In this document: positions 39,727 through 49,898 of the stretch, in pieces
Layout of the letters: every line of letters starts with the position of its first letter
How positions within the stretch are numbered: the first letter of the stretch is position 1
From: a virus
Reading direction: 5' to 3' (one strand)
Virus record (IMG/VR): IMGVR_UViG_3300027850_000002
Coordinates: 32,001-96,000 of that record
Length of the DNA: 64,000 bases
Notes under the pieces: generated by a model
The model's database searches: none
Seen by the model: the letters and a program-made list of their open reading frames with translations, nothing else
Told to the model about the DNA's origin: nothing
Position numbers and translations under genes: made by a program

Positions 39727-40293
39727 TCAGTGCACAGTTGGGAACACCGTGTTGTACATCTCCATCAACTTCAGATAGACGCCGCGACACGCCTTTGCGT
39801 CACCCATCGCACGGTGAGCTTCATGTTCAATACCGAAGTGTGCGGCCAGCGTGACCAACTTGAGGTTGGGGACGTGTCCTGCCTTCAGGAGGGGTGTGGC
39901 CAGTGCGACGGTATCGATCTTGTGGTAGTCGCCGTTCCAGCGCTGGCCACGCGCAGCCATCGCCATCTCGAAGAATCCCCAGTCAAAGGGAGTGTTGTGT
40001 GCGACGAAGACAGAGTCACGTCCCATCCCCAACATCGTTACCATTGCAACATCGAGATTGATGGCCTCGGATGCCCACTTCTCCGTGTTGTAACCATTGA
40101 CCCGCGCTGCCCCGGGATCGACCGGCTTCTTCGGGTGGACCTTCGTGTGGTACTCGTTGAGGACTTTTTGTCCTGACGGGTCCGTCACGATACAGGCCAC
40201 CTCGACCATGTCTGCGGCAGCAGGATTCAATCCTCCTGTCTCACAGTCGAAGAAGAAGAGGTTGCAGTCCTTCATGGCAGGGCGTTGTGGCAT
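39727..40293 (-). CDS. DEDDh 3'-5' exonuclease (DnaQ-like)
   Basis: FDCETGG, VAHNTPFD, IDT, HRAMGD. Confidence 0.9.
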   Translation of the reverse strand: MPQRPAMKDCNLFFFDCETGGLNPAAADMVEVACIVTDPSGQKVLNEYHTKVHPKKPVDPGAARVNGYNTEKWASEAINLDVAMVTMLGMGRDSVFVAHNTPFDWGFFEMAMAARGQRWNGDYHKIDTVALATPLLKAGHVPNLKLVTLAAHFGIEHEAHRAMGDAKACRGVYLKLMEMYNTVFPTVH

Positions 40294-40339
40294 AGGTCCT
40301 CAGCTAAAGCTTATACCGTAAACGTGGCGTTTCTAACAA

Positions 40340-43294
40340 TCACGCTTTAGCACTAACGACGGACGCCAGCGCAGCTTCTTCTTCATCTTCCCGCAGCTCC
40401 TCCAGGGACTCTTCATCGAGAACCTGGAGGAACTCCTGGTCAAGCGTCATCGGCTTGGGCGGGTTTCGAGCGATGTAGTCCGCCAAGGCGATCGTCTCGC
40501 CGTAGTTGGACCCCACGCTCACGTCGTGTGCGAACGCGACCGGCAGCCATGGGAACTTCTGGCTGACACGTTCCACGCAGTAGTAGTCGAAGAACGCTTG
40601 AGCCTGCCCGATGTACTTCTTCTTGATGGTTCCGACGATCGAGTCGTGAACCGTAATGCAGCAACGACCGCCGAGCTGTCCAATGTTCTCGAAGATTTCA
40701 ATGAGCTGCGCCACAACGATGTCTGACGACGTCGACTGAATCTTCATGTTCTTGCCACGCCGTTCAGCTTGGCCACGGAAAAAGCCGTTGACCGTCTGGA
40801 GCGGGAACCGACGGCGGCGCCCGAACAAGGTCTCGACGAAGCCCTTCGTGTGGATCTGAGCCACGACCTCGTCCATGTAGTTCTTCAGGGACGGGAAGCG
40901 GTTGAACAGCTTGTCGATGACGTTTTGTGCAGCCTCTTCCGAGATGCCGGCGGTCTCGGCAATCTTCTTCGCCATAGCGCCGTAGAGAATGCCGAACACG
41001 ACGCGCTTGACCGTGGTGCGCGTCTTGGACATCTCGTCACTGATGTCCTTCTGGGCCTCGACCTCTTCGTAGGGAATCCCGAAGATCTCCTGCGTGAACC
41101 AGCTGTGAACGTCGAGTCCCGCGTTCAACGCCGTGATGAGTTGTTCGTCGGGCGCATACGCCGTGAACACGCGAATCTCGGCGCCCTTCCAGTCAACGTT
41201 GAAGATCAGCTCCTCCTCGGGGTCGTCCGGGATGAAGATCTTCTTGATGTTCACACCTGCCAGCTTCTTGGGCTGGTTCTGCATGTTGACGTTCGACGAA
41301 GACAGACGTCCCGTCGACGTGCCGTGCAAGTGGAAGCTGGTGTGCAGGTAGCCGTCGTACTCAGACAGTGCCTTAATGTCGTGAACGAAGCCCGTCAGTG
41401 CCTTGTGCGCAGCACGGTACTCGAGCAGCGTCTTCGAGAACGGACACTTCATGCGTTCGACGAACGCCTTGAGCATCTTCTTGTCGGTCTTGTACTTGTT
41501 CGATTTCTTGTTCCGCTCGATCCAATCCTCTGCGTAAGCACGCCGTCCGCCCTCGGGCTGCGGTACGCCGATGCCGTAAAGGATCGTCGCGATGTCTGCC
41601 GTGGAGTTTGGGTTGAATTCGATCCCCTTGGCCTTCTTGTCGGGGTCCCACATGCTCGCAAGCATGGCCTTCTTCTCGTCAACAATCTTGGCGAGGTCGA
41701 TTTCGAGCTTCTCGATGTAAGGCCGATCGACACGAAAGCCGTCGAACTCCATCTTTCCAAGCACACGCGAGGCCGGCACGCAGTGGGAGGACATCAGGGC
41801 GCGCGCGTTCTGCTGGAAGCCCTCTTGCTGCATTCGCACAAACTGGTGACGCAGGAGACGTCGCGTCAGGTCGGTGTCGACGGCGGCATAGATGAGCAAG
41901 GTGTCGAGGGCAACGCGTTCGTAGCCTTCGTCCATCGATCGCTTCTTGCGGTCGCGCTTGGTACCAAACAAGTAGGACTCTAGTTCCTTTTTGCTCAGCT
42001 CCATCGTCAGGCCGTCTTCGATACCCGGGATGCCTTTCTTCGGTTTGCCCTTGCGTGTCTTGATGAGCACGGTGCGGACACCTTCTTCTTCGGGCGTCAG
42101 CTGCTCCGCCAGCTCCTGCACCTTGTCGGCGTAGTTGCTGAACATCGGGAAGTAGCTGCGACCCAAGACCTTGAGGCCGTAGGAGCCCGTCATGTCCTCG
42201 CGCAGGAGGTGCTCGCCGAGCAGCGAATCCCACGCGACGTTATTGACGCGCCAACCATGTCTCAGCTCGATCATCTTGAGATCGAACTTGGCGTTGTGGA
42301 AGACCTTGGGCTTCGCACACTCGAGCACTCGCTGAACGTGCCCGATGACTTCTTCCAACTCCTCGTCCGTCCACGTCGCTTCCCGATGGAACAACGGAAT
42401 TGCGGTCGCCCGTCCTGTGTCCCATGAGAACGAGATGCACAGGATCTTGGCGTCCTTGCGATGAGGATTGACGGTGTTGGTCTCGGTGTCCACCGCGAGC
42501 GCGCATTGCGATGCGGTCTTGGCGCCCTCGACCACGTAGTCGATCATCGTGTCGCAGATCTCTTTGACCTCCGCCACCGTTTGCGGAATCCGGTAGTCCT
42601 TGGTGACCTCTTCGATAGTCGCGTGCGTTCCCGCTTCGTCGACGCCGCCGGCGATACGCACCGCACGGACAACGTCGGCATAGAACAGGTTGTAGAGGCC
42701 GGTCTTGGCCACAAGGTGTTTCGTCGAAAACGTCGGCAAGACCTTGTAGGTCCTGCCTGCAACGTCGATGTCGAGAAGCCGCCCGCGCGACTCCATGAAC
42801 CTGTCGCCTTTATAGCCCAGTGACTTGAGTGCGGTTGCACCAAACGCCACGACGATCGTGGGTGATCGATCGAGCAGCTCACGTTGCAGGTAACTCGAGC
42901 ACTGGCGAATCGTGCCAGCCGACGCAGTCGCGTTCTGATCGCGACCCTCTTCGACCTGGCACTTGACTGCGTAGGTGTCCCACTTCGACAGGTGGTTCAT
43001 CTTCAGATTGCCGCCCGAGCGTCTGTCCAGCTCCTTCAGTTCCTTCCATACATTGCGGATGATGCGACCACCGCGTCCGTAGAACACCTCCTGATTGTTG
43101 GTCGACCAGGACGACGGCGACTCGGACACGAACATGATGTCGACTTTGCCGCGTGTGCCCTGCCCGAGAACCCGCTGCTTGGGCAGCAGTTCGCAGTTCT
43201 GGCAGCCGAAGCCTTTGGTCTTGTTCTGACTGTCCGGGTCCAACGACGGATTGTCGATTGGAATGACCGGAAGCTTGATCTTCTTCTCGGCCAC
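40340..43294 (-). CDS. polA: Family A DNA polymerase with N-terminal uracil-DNA-glycosylase-like domain
   Basis: CQNC..YAVKC..C UDG family 4-like N-terminus; DTETN, HNAKFD, YAAVD exonuclease; TGRLSS, DWKGAEIR, KRVVFGILYG, VHDS. Confidence 0.92.
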   Translation of the reverse strand: MAEKKIKLPVIPIDNPSLDPDSQNKTKGFGCQNCELLPKQRVLGQGTRGKVDIMFVSESPSSWSTNNQEVFYGRGGRIIRNVWKELKELDRRSGGNLKMNHLSKWDTYAVKCQVEEGRDQNATASAGTIRQCSSYLQRELLDRSPTIVVAFGATALKSLGYKGDRFMESRGRLLDIDVAGRTYKVLPTFSTKHLVAKTGLYNLFYADVVRAVRIAGGVDEAGTHATIEEVTKDYRIPQTVAEVKEICDTMIDYVVEGAKTASQCALAVDTETNTVNPHRKDAKILCISFSWDTGRATAIPLFHREATWTDEELEEVIGHVQRVLECAKPKVFHNAKFDLKMIELRHGWRVNNVAWDSLLGEHLLREDMTGSYGLKVLGRSYFPMFSNYADKVQELAEQLTPEEEGVRTVLIKTRKGKPKKGIPGIEDGLTMELSKKELESYLFGTKRDRKKRSMDEGYERVALDTLLIYAAVDTDLTRRLLRHQFVRMQQEGFQQNARALMSSHCVPASRVLGKMEFDGFRVDRPYIEKLEIDLAKIVDEKKAMLASMWDPDKKAKGIEFNPNSTADIATILYGIGVPQPEGGRRAYAEDWIERNKKSNKYKTDKKMLKAFVERMKCPFSKTLLEYRAAHKALTGFVHDIKALSEYDGYLHTSFHLHGTSTGRLSSSNVNMQNQPKKLAGVNIKKIFIPDDPEEELIFNVDWKGAEIRVFTAYAPDEQLITALNAGLDVHSWFTQEIFGIPYEEVEAQKDISDEMSKTRTTVKRVVFGILYGAMAKKIAETAGISEEAAQNVIDKLFNRFPSLKNYMDEVVAQIHTKGFVETLFGRRRRFPLQTVNGFFRGQAERRGKNMKIQSTSSDIVVAQLIEIFENIGQLGGRCCITVHDSIVGTIKKKYIGQAQAFFDYYCVERVSQKFPWLPVAFAHDVSVGSNYGETIALADYIARNPPKPMTLDQEFLQVLDEESLEELREDEEEAALASVVSAKA

Positions 43295-43329
43295 TACGTT
43301 TCCTCCGGTGTTGGCGGCATAAACATACT

Positions 43330-46300
43330 CTACGCGACGATTTCTCCGTCGTCTGTTCCTTGTGCTTTGTTCGGGTCGATCTCGGCCACCGTATCAACAG
43401 GCGTTGCAACCTTCGCCATCGCTTCGTCACGACGTGCGCGGGTTGCATCGAGCAGGTGCTTGATCGAGAACACCGAAATCAGATCGATGGGCTGACACGG
43501 TCCCATCACATCGACCAGACGTTCCAGCACACGGGCACGCTTCACTTCATCGTTGCCGATGTGATGAGGCGAGCGCTCGGACACTTGCTTGAGGAACGTT
43601 GGGGTCTCGGTGCGGTACCGCGTCTGCGCCAAGAGGCCCTGCGAAGCCTCGACCCAGTTCACGACGAGCCACTCCATCTTGGTATCGAGATAGACGCCCT
43701 TCTTGGTCTTGTTGATGTCGTCGAGCTTGTTCAAGTCGCCGAGCATCACGCGAATGGTCGTCATGCCGGACATCTGGTCCTGCGTGCCGACCGATGCTGT
43801 CTGGATGGCTGAGCCCAGGATGGTCTCGAAGATCTGCTCGTTCTCGGACGTCGTCTTGAGCCGTGCAAGCTGCTCGCGACGTGACTCCGCGAAGTCGTAG
43901 GCGAACTGCTGGTAGTTCGGAATCGGGTTCTCGCCTCCACGCTCCTTGGCCAAGCCGTTGAGCAAACGAAGCATCGCCAGGATCGGGAACATCGCTTCAC
44001 GGAACCGGGACGACGCGTGCGCGGGCAACCGACCGCCCGACACGTATTCCTGCTCGATCGCCGTCTGATGCTCGCGCAACGTCATCATGTGCGGCAAAAG
44101 CCCAACCACCATGTCGTGGCGCGTCTTGTTGATCAGGTCGTCGCCGAACTTGCCCGCGAGCGCCAGGACAGGGTCCTTGTGGGTCGCGTCCTTGACCAGC
44201 TCGAACTGCACGAAGCGCGACAGGGACGCAGCATCACGAAGCGGACGAATCGCGCACGCCACTAACGGGAACCGTAGGTGGTAGGTCCGGCTCTCGCCCG
44301 TCGTCGTTCCGATCGACCAGTTGACGGCGGTCTCGGAGATCAAGTCACGGCATAATTCGAGAACCTTGCGGACTGCGATCGACTTCGCATCGTTGCCGCC
44401 GTAGTCCTCGAACTCCTCCAAGCACAGTGTCAAGCTCGAGTTGTTGCGTTGCTGACGAATGGATGCAGCGGTGTAGCCCTGCATTGTGATCGCGTGCGCC
44501 ACAACATTGATGCGCGAGGCGCTGCCGCCGCCCACGAACCCTGCCGTGAACTTGCTCTTGCCCGACTCGTGCTCAGCGTTGAGGATGACCGCAGTCTGGC
44601 GCGTGAACACTGTCATCACCGAGAGGCACATGACGTAGGCCGCCAAGAACGTGCAGTCGAGCTGCTGATAGCGGAAGGCCCAGCCCGTTTCGACCATGTC
44701 CCGTACGCGCACGAATAAGTCCACCAGGTCGACGTTCGAGGACAGGTCCTTTGCGTCCTTGATGGTGTCGAGCCAAGGCGCGCCTGCGTTGTCGAAGATT
44801 GTGCCTTCGTGGCGCGGACCGTCGAGCGGCGTCGCCGTGTAGTTCGCGCCGTCGTGTAGCAGGCAGTACACGTCGCGGCCATTCACGAGGTAGGAGCGCA
44901 TGCGCCCCTCCGTCGTTTCCATCATGTGAATGCCTTGGCTCTTGATCGGGGCGTGATCCATCGACGGCAGGTCCTTTGCCATCATGAGCAGCGCGTAGTT
45001 CAAATACTCGCGGTACTTCTTCGCCTTCATCGTTACATTGAACTGAGACGCGTCCGGGTCATCACCCACAATGAAGGGCGGGTCGCCAACCGTCGCAGTG
45101 ATGAAGTCGTAGATGGGTCCGTAGTGTCGCGAGATGAGCGTCTCGGCGCTGCGCTCGTCGTTCAAGATGACCGTGTCAGTCGTTCGGCTTGCCTTGTTCC
45201 AGAGCGACAAGATGCGCTTGCGTCCTTCACCGTTCTGAATGCCGACGGGGTGGTACTTCTCGAGCAACGTCGTGTGCAGACGTTTGATGAACTCCTCTTC
45301 GTTGTCGTTCTTGACCAGGATGTCACGACGGAGAATCACGGCGTCGAGGTTGTGATCCTTGGCGACAGCTACGCAGTACGCGTTGCACACCTGCTCGTCC
45401 TTGAGCAGCGCGCCCCAGCGTTTCGCGGCGTGGCTGATCGCCGAGACGTCCGTCGTCCCGCTCTGGGCGATCTCCGCCGACATCTGGTCGTAGCACCACT
45501 CGTCTGTAGACGCGTACATCTTCTCGTTGTTGACGTACCGAACCCAGCGCGGGTACCCGATCTCCTTGATGGCGTTGTCGGGGTCCTTGATCCAAACGTT
45601 GGGTCGAGTGGGGTCATGCCAATCCACGTATTCATCCGGCCATCGAAAGACGCGGAACGAGAGGTTCTTGGCCTTGGATGCATCGAGGATCTGTTTGACG
45701 AAATTGTCACCGCCGCGATCTCGGTCAGGGACGATCCACACACGGTTGATGCCGAACGTTGCGAGACGGTCTACCGACTGGGACCCGCCGCCGCTGAGGG
45801 CGAGCGAGATGTAGTCATCGGACTGGCGTCGGATCTGTTGTGCGATTGCCGCGAGCGCGTCGAACTCGCCTTCCTTGCAGTGGCCGATGAAGCCCTTGTC
45901 GGGCCCGTCGGCTCCATGCTCTTCGGACGTCAGGTACGTGCGGTAGTAGCGTAGGCCGTAGAAGCCACGGAACCCGTCCATCTCAGGCTCGTAGGTATCC
46001 TCGACCCACGCCTGACTGACCGCGGGTGACACCGGCTCACGGAGCTTGAATCGACAGATCGTCGTGGGCGTATCGTCATAAGGGAACACGAGATGCCCGA
46101 TGTACGTTTGCCCGTCGGTGTACTTGCCGAAGTAGCTGCGGAAGAATTTGTACTCCTCAGAGGTATCCCCGAAGTGGTTCGCGATGTCGACGATGCGCGG
46201 AAAGATGCCGAGCAGTTCACGACCGAACAACGTGACCCACACGCCGTGTTGATCGAACGAGCCGTTGGGTTGATCCTTTTCAGCAACCAGCTCGTTGGGT

Positions 46301-46836
46301 GCCGTCTGTCCCAGCCGTCGCGTAAGCAGATAGTCGAGCGTTGGTTTGGTCCAGTTCAGGTCGTCCGTGACGAGCGTACCCGCAGCGTACGACTGCAGCG
46401 CCTTGTAGAGCAGGGCGCTGAAGTACGACATCAGGGCGTCCTTGTTCTTCTGGTAGACCTCATGGTCTCGGACCTTTTCGAACAGCTCCTTGGGAATCGC
46501 GGCGGAAAGACCCCAACGCTTCTTCGCGTAGATAAGAGCGTCGGAAACGCTCGTCTCATTGATCGCGGCGATGAAATGGATGGGGTTCCAGAACGAACGG
46601 TGGCAGCCAAAGCAACTCGCGCGATTCTTGTAAGGCGTGACCACGAATGACGCAGTACCGTCCGCATGGAACGGACAGCGCCCCTTGATGTGCGGACCTG
46701 AGATGTGGAAAGCCGCCTCCGGCTTCACCTCCGCAAGCCACGACATCCAGTCCATGTTCTGGACGTCGGTCCACACCCGATTGAGTCGGGTGAAGGCCAC
46801 CTTCGAATCCGTGTTCTTGGCCTTACGCGCCACCAA
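43330..46836 (-). CDS. DNA primase (CHC2 zinc finger plus TOPRIM) fused to a P-loop helicase-like domain
   Basis: CPFH...CFGC; EGEFD, PDRDRGG, KDPD; AEHESGKS and LCLEEFE. Confidence 0.8.
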   Translation of the reverse strand: MVARKAKNTDSKVAFTRLNRVWTDVQNMDWMSWLAEVKPEAAFHISGPHIKGRCPFHADGTASFVVTPYKNRASCFGCHRSFWNPIHFIAAINETSVSDALIYAKKRWGLSAAIPKELFEKVRDHEVYQKNKDALMSYFSALLYKALQSYAAGTLVTDDLNWTKPTLDYLLTRRLGQTAPNELVAEKDQPNGSFDQHGVWVTLFGRELLGIFPRIVDIANHFGDTSEEYKFFRSYFGKYTDGQTYIGHLVFPYDDTPTTICRFKLREPVSPAVSQAWVEDTYEPEMDGFRGFYGLRYYRTYLTSEEHGADGPDKGFIGHCKEGEFDALAAIAQQIRRQSDDYISLALSGGGSQSVDRLATFGINRVWIVPDRDRGGDNFVKQILDASKAKNLSFRVFRWPDEYVDWHDPTRPNVWIKDPDNAIKEIGYPRWVRYVNNEKMYASTDEWCYDQMSAEIAQSGTTDVSAISHAAKRWGALLKDEQVCNAYCVAVAKDHNLDAVILRRDILVKNDNEEEFIKRLHTTLLEKYHPVGIQNGEGRKRILSLWNKASRTTDTVILNDERSAETLISRHYGPIYDFITATVGDPPFIVGDDPDASQFNVTMKAKKYREYLNYALLMMAKDLPSMDHAPIKSQGIHMMETTEGRMRSYLVNGRDVYCLLHDGANYTATPLDGPRHEGTIFDNAGAPWLDTIKDAKDLSSNVDLVDLFVRVRDMVETGWAFRYQQLDCTFLAAYVMCLSVMTVFTRQTAVILNAEHESGKSKFTAGFVGGGSASRINVVAHAITMQGYTAASIRQQRNNSSLTLCLEEFEDYGGNDAKSIAVRKVLELCRDLISETAVNWSIGTTTGESRTYHLRFPLVACAIRPLRDAASLSRFVQFELVKDATHKDPVLALAGKFGDDLINKTRHDMVVGLLPHMMTLREHQTAIEQEYVSGGRLPAHASSRFREAMFPILAMLRLLNGLAKERGGENPIPNYQQFAYDFAESRREQLARLKTTSENEQIFETILGSAIQTASVGTQDQMSGMTTIRVMLGDLNKLDDINKTKKGVYLDTKMEWLVVNWVEASQGLLAQTRYRTETPTFLKQVSERSPHHIGNDEVKRARVLERLVDVMGPCQPIDLISVFSIKHLLDATRARRDEAMAKVATPVDTVAEIDPNKAQGTDDGEIVA

Positions 46837-47665
46837 ACTTCTCCTTGAACGCTGAACACTGGTCTTGGTACTGACACCAGCCGCACGGCCACCCTGGTTG
46901 ATTATTCTTCTTCATGCGTGATTCTGCTGGTCGCATCTCGAACGGAAGGGTCAGGTTGTCAGCAGCCGCATTGATGCGTCCGAACAACCACGGCGTGTAC
47001 AACTCACGTAACCGCTCCGCTGGGATGAACGTTGTCCACTGCAACAGGCGTTCGGGCGGGCCCTGTAAGAAGTTGATACCGCCACGAACACCTGCGATGT
47101 CAGGCATGTTGGGCAGTGCGAGAACGCCGTACGCCTGTAGTTGCTGGCGCTTCTTCTGGTCGCGCTCGAGAGGCTTGGCGACGCCCGACTTGTGGTCGAT
47201 CAGATAGAGATCGTTGTCGCGCGTGAGCGCACCCAGATCGAGCTTGCCCCGGAAGAACACATCTTCGGCAAAGAAGCCCGCAGGCTTGTACGTGTCGGAG
47301 AAGCCCCAATCGGCTTCGACGAACACCTTCGATACACCCTGCGCTTTGCAGAAGGCATCGAAGCGCCGGAGGAACGCGTCCATGTTCTCCTTGAGCATGA
47401 GCAACATCTCTTGCTCGTTGGATGTCAGCGGGGTCTTCTCCGTGGCCAGTTTTTCTGCGGCGCCGGCAGCGGTTCCTTGCACGCGATGTTCGAGCACTGC
47501 ATGCGCTACGATTCCGACTTTGGTATCGGACGGAGCCGAGCCCGCAGCCGTCTTGGAAATGTGCTTGTGCCCGAACTGCGCAGGACAAGACTCTGCGGTC
47601 TCCATTTTGGAGAAGGACCAAGGGGCGAACTTTCGCGCGAGTTCCGTAATCTCAAACGCGGGCAT
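46823..47665 (-). CDS. PD-(D/E)XK nuclease, Cas4/RecB-like
   Basis: SFSK....CP, GKLD, IDHKSG, QLQAY, CGWCQYQDQC. Confidence 0.85.
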   Translation of the reverse strand: MPAFEITELARKFAPWSFSKMETAESCPAQFGHKHISKTAAGSAPSDTKVGIVAHAVLEHRVQGTAAGAAEKLATEKTPLTSNEQEMLLMLKENMDAFLRRFDAFCKAQGVSKVFVEADWGFSDTYKPAGFFAEDVFFRGKLDLGALTRDNDLYLIDHKSGVAKPLERDQKKRQQLQAYGVLALPNMPDIAGVRGGINFLQGPPERLLQWTTFIPAERLRELYTPWLFGRINAAADNLTLPFEMRPAESRMKKNNQPGWPCGWCQYQDQCSAFKEKFGGA

Positions 47666-47682
47666 CGCACTCCTCGTTGGTG

Positions 47683-47836
47683 AAAAAGAAAAGTGCCGTC
47701 TTTCCGGCTGTCAGTTGTCTCTCCAACCGTCACGACTATTCCGGGCGCCGACCAATTGGCTTGTTCCGTACCGGGCGCTACCCGGCATCAACTATCCCGA
47801 GGCTCAATCGTTTCCTTGGTCTCGTCGACCTTCTCA
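47683..47836 (-). ncRNA. Candidate structured RNA / terminator with tandem GA(A/G)AGA-loop hairpins
   Basis: GGUUG-GAGAGA-CAACU and GCCG-GAAAGA-CGGC hairpins, upstream multibranch stems, U-rich tail. Confidence 0.5.
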
Positions 47837-47838
47837 GG

Positions 47839-48888
47839 TCACATGGGCTTCGACGAAGAACGTGCCGCACCGCCCTTGGTGGGCTTGGCGCCTGCGGGCG
47901 TCGTTGCATCAACGGGGCTCAGGTCCGGCTCGATGCCGTTGTTGGCGAGGCCCGCTTCGAGCGCACCTGCCGCGAACTGGCCCTCGGCCTCGGCTGCAGC
48001 CCGCGGGGCACGTGCCGGACGTGCGTAACAGTCCGCGAGGAACAGCTTGCGCCCCGCGACGTACATGCCGTAGAGCGCCTCGGCAAGACGCATCACATGT
48101 TCCGGGTTGTCCTTGCCCGTGGGCTCGACCTTGTAGACGAAGTACAGGCCGAGATCGCCCGTCTTCTTCTCGGTGTTGAGGAGGTAACTCTGGCGCCACA
48201 CGGCGGTCTGCTGCCCTGCGAGCGAGAGTAGCGCCGAGCCCGCCTTGCGTGACGTCTTGCCGAACTGCAGCATGTAGACCTGCGGGTTCACGAGATCCGT
48301 CGACATCACGATCGCGACGATGTTGTTCTGGCAGTCCGTCTTGTGTTGTTCACCGCGGCCGGCGTTCTGCTTGCCGAACGGCAGGTGGGGGCACTTCAGA
48401 CACTCACCAAACGGCGAACCAAGCTTGGCATCAGGCGCCTGGCACACCGGGTTCTTTCCCTGCTGCGGGAAGTTGATGTTCTCTTCGAAGAAGTAGAGCG
48501 GGATGACGGGCGTTGGCCGTTCGAGGAGCTGACCCGACGAGGTGTAGAGATCGCCGTTCTTGGCGGCCTCCGGCTTGGTCTCGGACTGTGACGTCGGCTG
48601 CACGATGCTCACGCGGGGAACTCGCCACGCAGCGACCATCTCTTCCATGCCGGGCTTGTTCGGTGAGGCGAGAGCGGCGAGAGTCTTCACGGCCTGACGC
48701 GCCACGTCGGGCATCGTCGTGTCGTCGGCAAGGTTTGCCAGTTCCTCGCGCTTACGGATGACTGTTGCTTCGAGAACGGCGGGGTCGAGGGCGGCAGCCG
48801 CAGCGCCCATGGAAGACTTGACGACCAGGGCCTTGGCGGGGACGACGGATGCGTTGGAGTCATTGGAACCGTTGGGGGAATCAGTCAT
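47839..48888 (-). CDS. Hypothetical replication protein, possibly ssDNA-binding
   Basis: 349 aa heading the replication operon; four Cys, flexible C-terminal tail; function inferred from context only. Confidence 0.5.
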   Translation of the reverse strand: MTDSPNGSNDSNASVVPAKALVVKSSMGAAAAALDPAVLEATVIRKREELANLADDTTMPDVARQAVKTLAALASPNKPGMEEMVAAWRVPRVSIVQPTSQSETKPEAAKNGDLYTSSGQLLERPTPVIPLYFFEENINFPQQGKNPVCQAPDAKLGSPFGECLKCPHLPFGKQNAGRGEQHKTDCQNNIVAIVMSTDLVNPQVYMLQFGKTSRKAGSALLSLAGQQTAVWRQSYLLNTEKKTGDLGLYFVYKVEPTGKDNPEHVMRLAEALYGMYVAGRKLFLADCYARPARAPRAAAEAEGQFAAGALEAGLANNGIEPDLSPVDATTPAGAKPTKGGAARSSSKPM

Positions 48889-49109
48889 GTCATGTCCTTT
48901 TGAAATGCTAGAAGGGAAGTCACTCTAGTGATTTCGATGTTTGTTTGGCAAGCACTCACAGAAAGAAAATCTGGCGCTATTCCTGGGGTGCGTAACGAAA
49001 TGCTACGCAAGGGTGGTGGTGTACCCGCCGAGATTGGCACCCAACGGGTAGTGCCTGATCGTGGAACTATTTGATCACTCGTAAGACGCTTGGTAGTGTG
49101 TTCTTGAAT

Positions 49110-49898
49110 ATGGTGATCCCCCAGGCGCGTACCGCCTCGATGTACTACGCCGAAGTCGCACGGGTGCCGTTGGTGGATGACCCCACCGAAGAGAGGCGCC
49201 TGTTGCAACGATGGCAGCAACATCAAGACGTCAAGGCACGCAACGCCATCGTGCAAACCCATCTCCGCTTCGTCGTGAAGATGGCGCACAAGCGCAGCAA
49301 GGATCCCGAAGCCGTCAAGGACTTCATCGCGGCAGGAAACCTGGGTCTCCTTAAGGCGACCGACAAGTTTGACTGGGTACGCAAACCGTACATTCGCTTT
49401 CTGACGTACGCGGGTTGGTGGGTCTACGAAGAGATGTCGAATCAGGACTACACGACGGCCACGCTCGTTCACGTCCCCGCCCATCGCCAGAAAGCACAAC
49501 GCAGAAACGCACGGGAGTTCCGCGCGGCGGTCCAAGAGCACGGACCCGATGCTGCCTCGGTGCAGAAGATGAACCCCGGACTGTCCGAGAGCGTCGTCAT
49601 GCCGCTCGAGGCGGCGCGTTACACCACCAATGCGACCGAGAGTGAGCCGACGTCTACCTATGGGTCGGATCGGCTTCGTTCGATCGTTCGTGAGGTCATT
49701 GGTCGACTGCCTTCCCGAGAGCAGACCGTCCTCAACCTCTTCTACGGCATCAAAGACGATGCACGGAACTTGGTCCAGATCGCGGCCATCATGGGCATGT
49801 GCTCTGAGCGAGTTCGGCAAATCAAGACCAACGGGATGCGCTTACTTCAGGCTGAGTTCGAAGAAGAGCTGCTGACCGCCGAAGACGCGTATCTCTAG
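49110..49898 (+). CDS. Sigma-70 family factor (RpoD/RpoH-like regions 2 and 4)
   Basis: HLRFVVKMA, GNLGLLKATDKFD, RFLTYAGWWV, LPSREQTVL, SERVRQIK; start uncertain. Confidence 0.92.
   Translation: MVIPQARTASMYYAEVARVPLVDDPTEERRLLQRWQQHQDVKARNAIVQTHLRFVVKMAHKRSKDPEAVKDFIAAGNLGLLKATDKFDWVRKPYIRFLTYAGWWVYEEMSNQDYTTATLVHVPAHRQKAQRRNAREFRAAVQEHGPDAASVQKMNPGLSESVVMPLEAARYTTNATESEPTSTYGSDRLRSIVREVIGRLPSREQTVLNLFYGIKDDARNLVQIAAIMGMCSERVRQIKTNGMRLLQAEFEEELLTAEDAYL

Noticed and set aside
40769-41983. 404-aa ORF on the + strand
   Set aside because: Shadow of the DNA polymerase
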